DNA of 15,568 nucleotides from a virus: UHGV virus genome UHGV-0473420; one strand, 5' to 3'. Shown piece by piece: positions 14,688 to 15,568 of this stretch (position 1 is its first letter; each line of letters starts with the position of its first letter). The notes under the pieces were generated by a model. It saw only the letters and a program-made list of their open reading frames with translations, ran no database searches and was not told where the DNA came from. The position numbers and the translations under genes were made by a program.

Positions 14688-15208
14688 CAAAATTTGGAAA
14701 GCTGGAAGCTCATTTGCTAACTCGTAACTACCGCCATGATATACACCCATATAGACAGTGGATCGATGAAAGCGAAGGAGTAGTTACATTCCCTCTATAC
14801 AGGTTTGATGGGATGTTGGCTGGGTATCAGACATATAGACCAGGTGCTCCTAAGCAGCATAGCAATCCGAAGATGGCCCGGTATTTCACGCGATCACACG
14901 ACAGACAGTTACTTTGGGGAACCTATCTTCCTTTAAAAGATGGCCCAATATGGATAACTGAGTCTATTTTTAAGAGCGCAGCTGTACACAATGCGGGCGG
15001 CAATTCGTGGGCGCTGTTAGGTTCGACTTTCTCCGCAGGATTACGCCGTCAACTTGCGATGCTGCCGTATGACTTTCGTGTAATAGGTGACAATGATGCG
15101 GCTGGTGAATTACTTGTGAAGTCTTTCGGAAAAGGTTTTGTGGCCCCGGATCTTGACGAGCTACAACCACATGAAGTGTCTCATTTGATTTTTAGCCATA
15201 GCCAATAA
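14684..15208 (+). CDS. small TOPRIM-domain protein (primase- or nuclease-like)
   Basis: ORF track 14657..15208; likely ATG 14684 in ATGA overlap. Conserved-glutamate segment PIWITESIFKSAAVH and about 45 residues later RVIGDNDAAGE (DxD) fit the TOPRIM signature as recalled. Confidence 0.55.
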   Translation: MTKFGKLEAHLLTRNYRHDIHPYRQWIDESEGVVTFPLYRFDGMLAGYQTYRPGAPKQHSNPKMARYFTRSHDRQLLWGTYLPLKDGPIWITESIFKSAAVHNAGGNSWALLGSTFSAGLRRQLAMLPYDFRVIGDNDAAGELLVKSFGKGFVAPDLDELQPHEVSHLIFSHSQ

Positions 15209-15268
15209 GCATCTCTCCCCTTTGAGGCCACAATTAGTGGCCTTAAACAATGTGTTTTCTACCTCGAT

Positions 15269-15544
15269 TTAGCCTCTATTATCGTTTTGCATTTCTCTAA
15301 TCTGGTTCAGAACTACTTCATGCTGGGCTTGGATAGCGGCTTTTTCGTTTTCAAGTCGGGCAATAGACATCTCTAATTCTTTGCTGTACCAGGCGAGTTG
15401 GGCCAGGTTCATCCGGTTGTGGTCGAGAGTTGGAGACACTTCGACGCGCTCCCTTTCTTCCTGCTTTAATGAGAAGAGATTCATCTCATCCCTTGAGGAA
15501 AATTCAGCAACAATTTCTTGTTGATGATCCGGTCGCTGCGGCAT
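15269..15544 (-). CDS. hypothetical coiled-coil protein (convergent, minus strand)
   Basis: 91-aa minus-strand ORF in otherwise non-coding plus-strand territory, convergent with the cluster. Charged helical product (…ELEMSIARLENEKAAIQAQHEVVLNQIREMQ…). SD context at the annotated ATG is poor, so the start is uncertain. Confidence 0.45.
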   Translation of the reverse strand: MPQRPDHQQEIVAEFSSRDEMNLFSLKQEERERVEVSPTLDHNRMNLAQLAWYSKELEMSIARLENEKAAIQAQHEVVLNQIREMQNDNRG

Positions 15545-15568
15545 CCTCGCCAGTATAAATGGCGGTTC

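Noticed and set aside
15225-15243. Short hairpin AGGCCAC-aatta-GTGGCCT between the convergent genes, considered as a terminator
   Set aside because: Only a 7-bp stem and not followed by a clear T-run on either strand; may contribute to termination but cannot be called an intrinsic terminator from sequence alone.
1-15568. Looked for CRISPR arrays, tRNA or rRNA genes, IS elements or transposases, integrase and attachment sites
   Set aside because: No regularly spaced direct repeats, no cloverleaf-compatible conserved tRNA motifs, no transposase or integrase-like ORF, and no long terminal inverted repeats were seen; repeats present are explained by paralogous genes and conserved gene junctions.

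Overview
Dense, almost entirely plus-strand cluster of about 35 short-to-medium genes with frequent stop/start overlaps (ATGA, GTGA, TAATG), typical of a tailed-phage or prophage early/accessory region from an enterobacterium-like host. All calls rest on motifs read by eye and recalled from memory; no database search was run. Recognisable products: a TraR/DksA-like zinc-finger protein, a VRR-NUC nuclease, two tandem paralogous GSGPS-motif proteins resembling GT42 sialyltransferase / Maf (DUF115) enzymes, a lambda NinI-like Ser/Thr metallophosphatase, a GT8-like DxD glycosyltransferase, a 420-aa coiled-coil protein, a HAD-family phosphatase, a YqfB-like ASCH protein, two or three Ead/Ea22-like proteins, a PD-(D/E)xK-like protein, three tandem paralogs (the last with a DUF551-like C-terminus), two zinc-ribbon paralogs and a small TOPRIM protein. 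The strongest candidate for an undescribed system is the translationally coupled four-gene module at 1406-3931 (two GT42/Maf-like proteins, phosphatase, GT8-like transferase), a possible phage glycosylation or hypermodification module. Second is a two-gene cassette (coiled-coil protein plus HAD phosphatase) bounded by a 30-bp direct repeat, with its own terminator. Also of note are three unannotated small hydrophobic peptide ORFs, a reused ~30-bp gene-junction sequence, and a zinc-ribbon/TOPRIM trio. No tRNA, rRNA, CRISPR array, IS element or integrase was seen. A divergent minus-strand gene runs off the left edge and a convergent minus-strand gene lies at the right edge.
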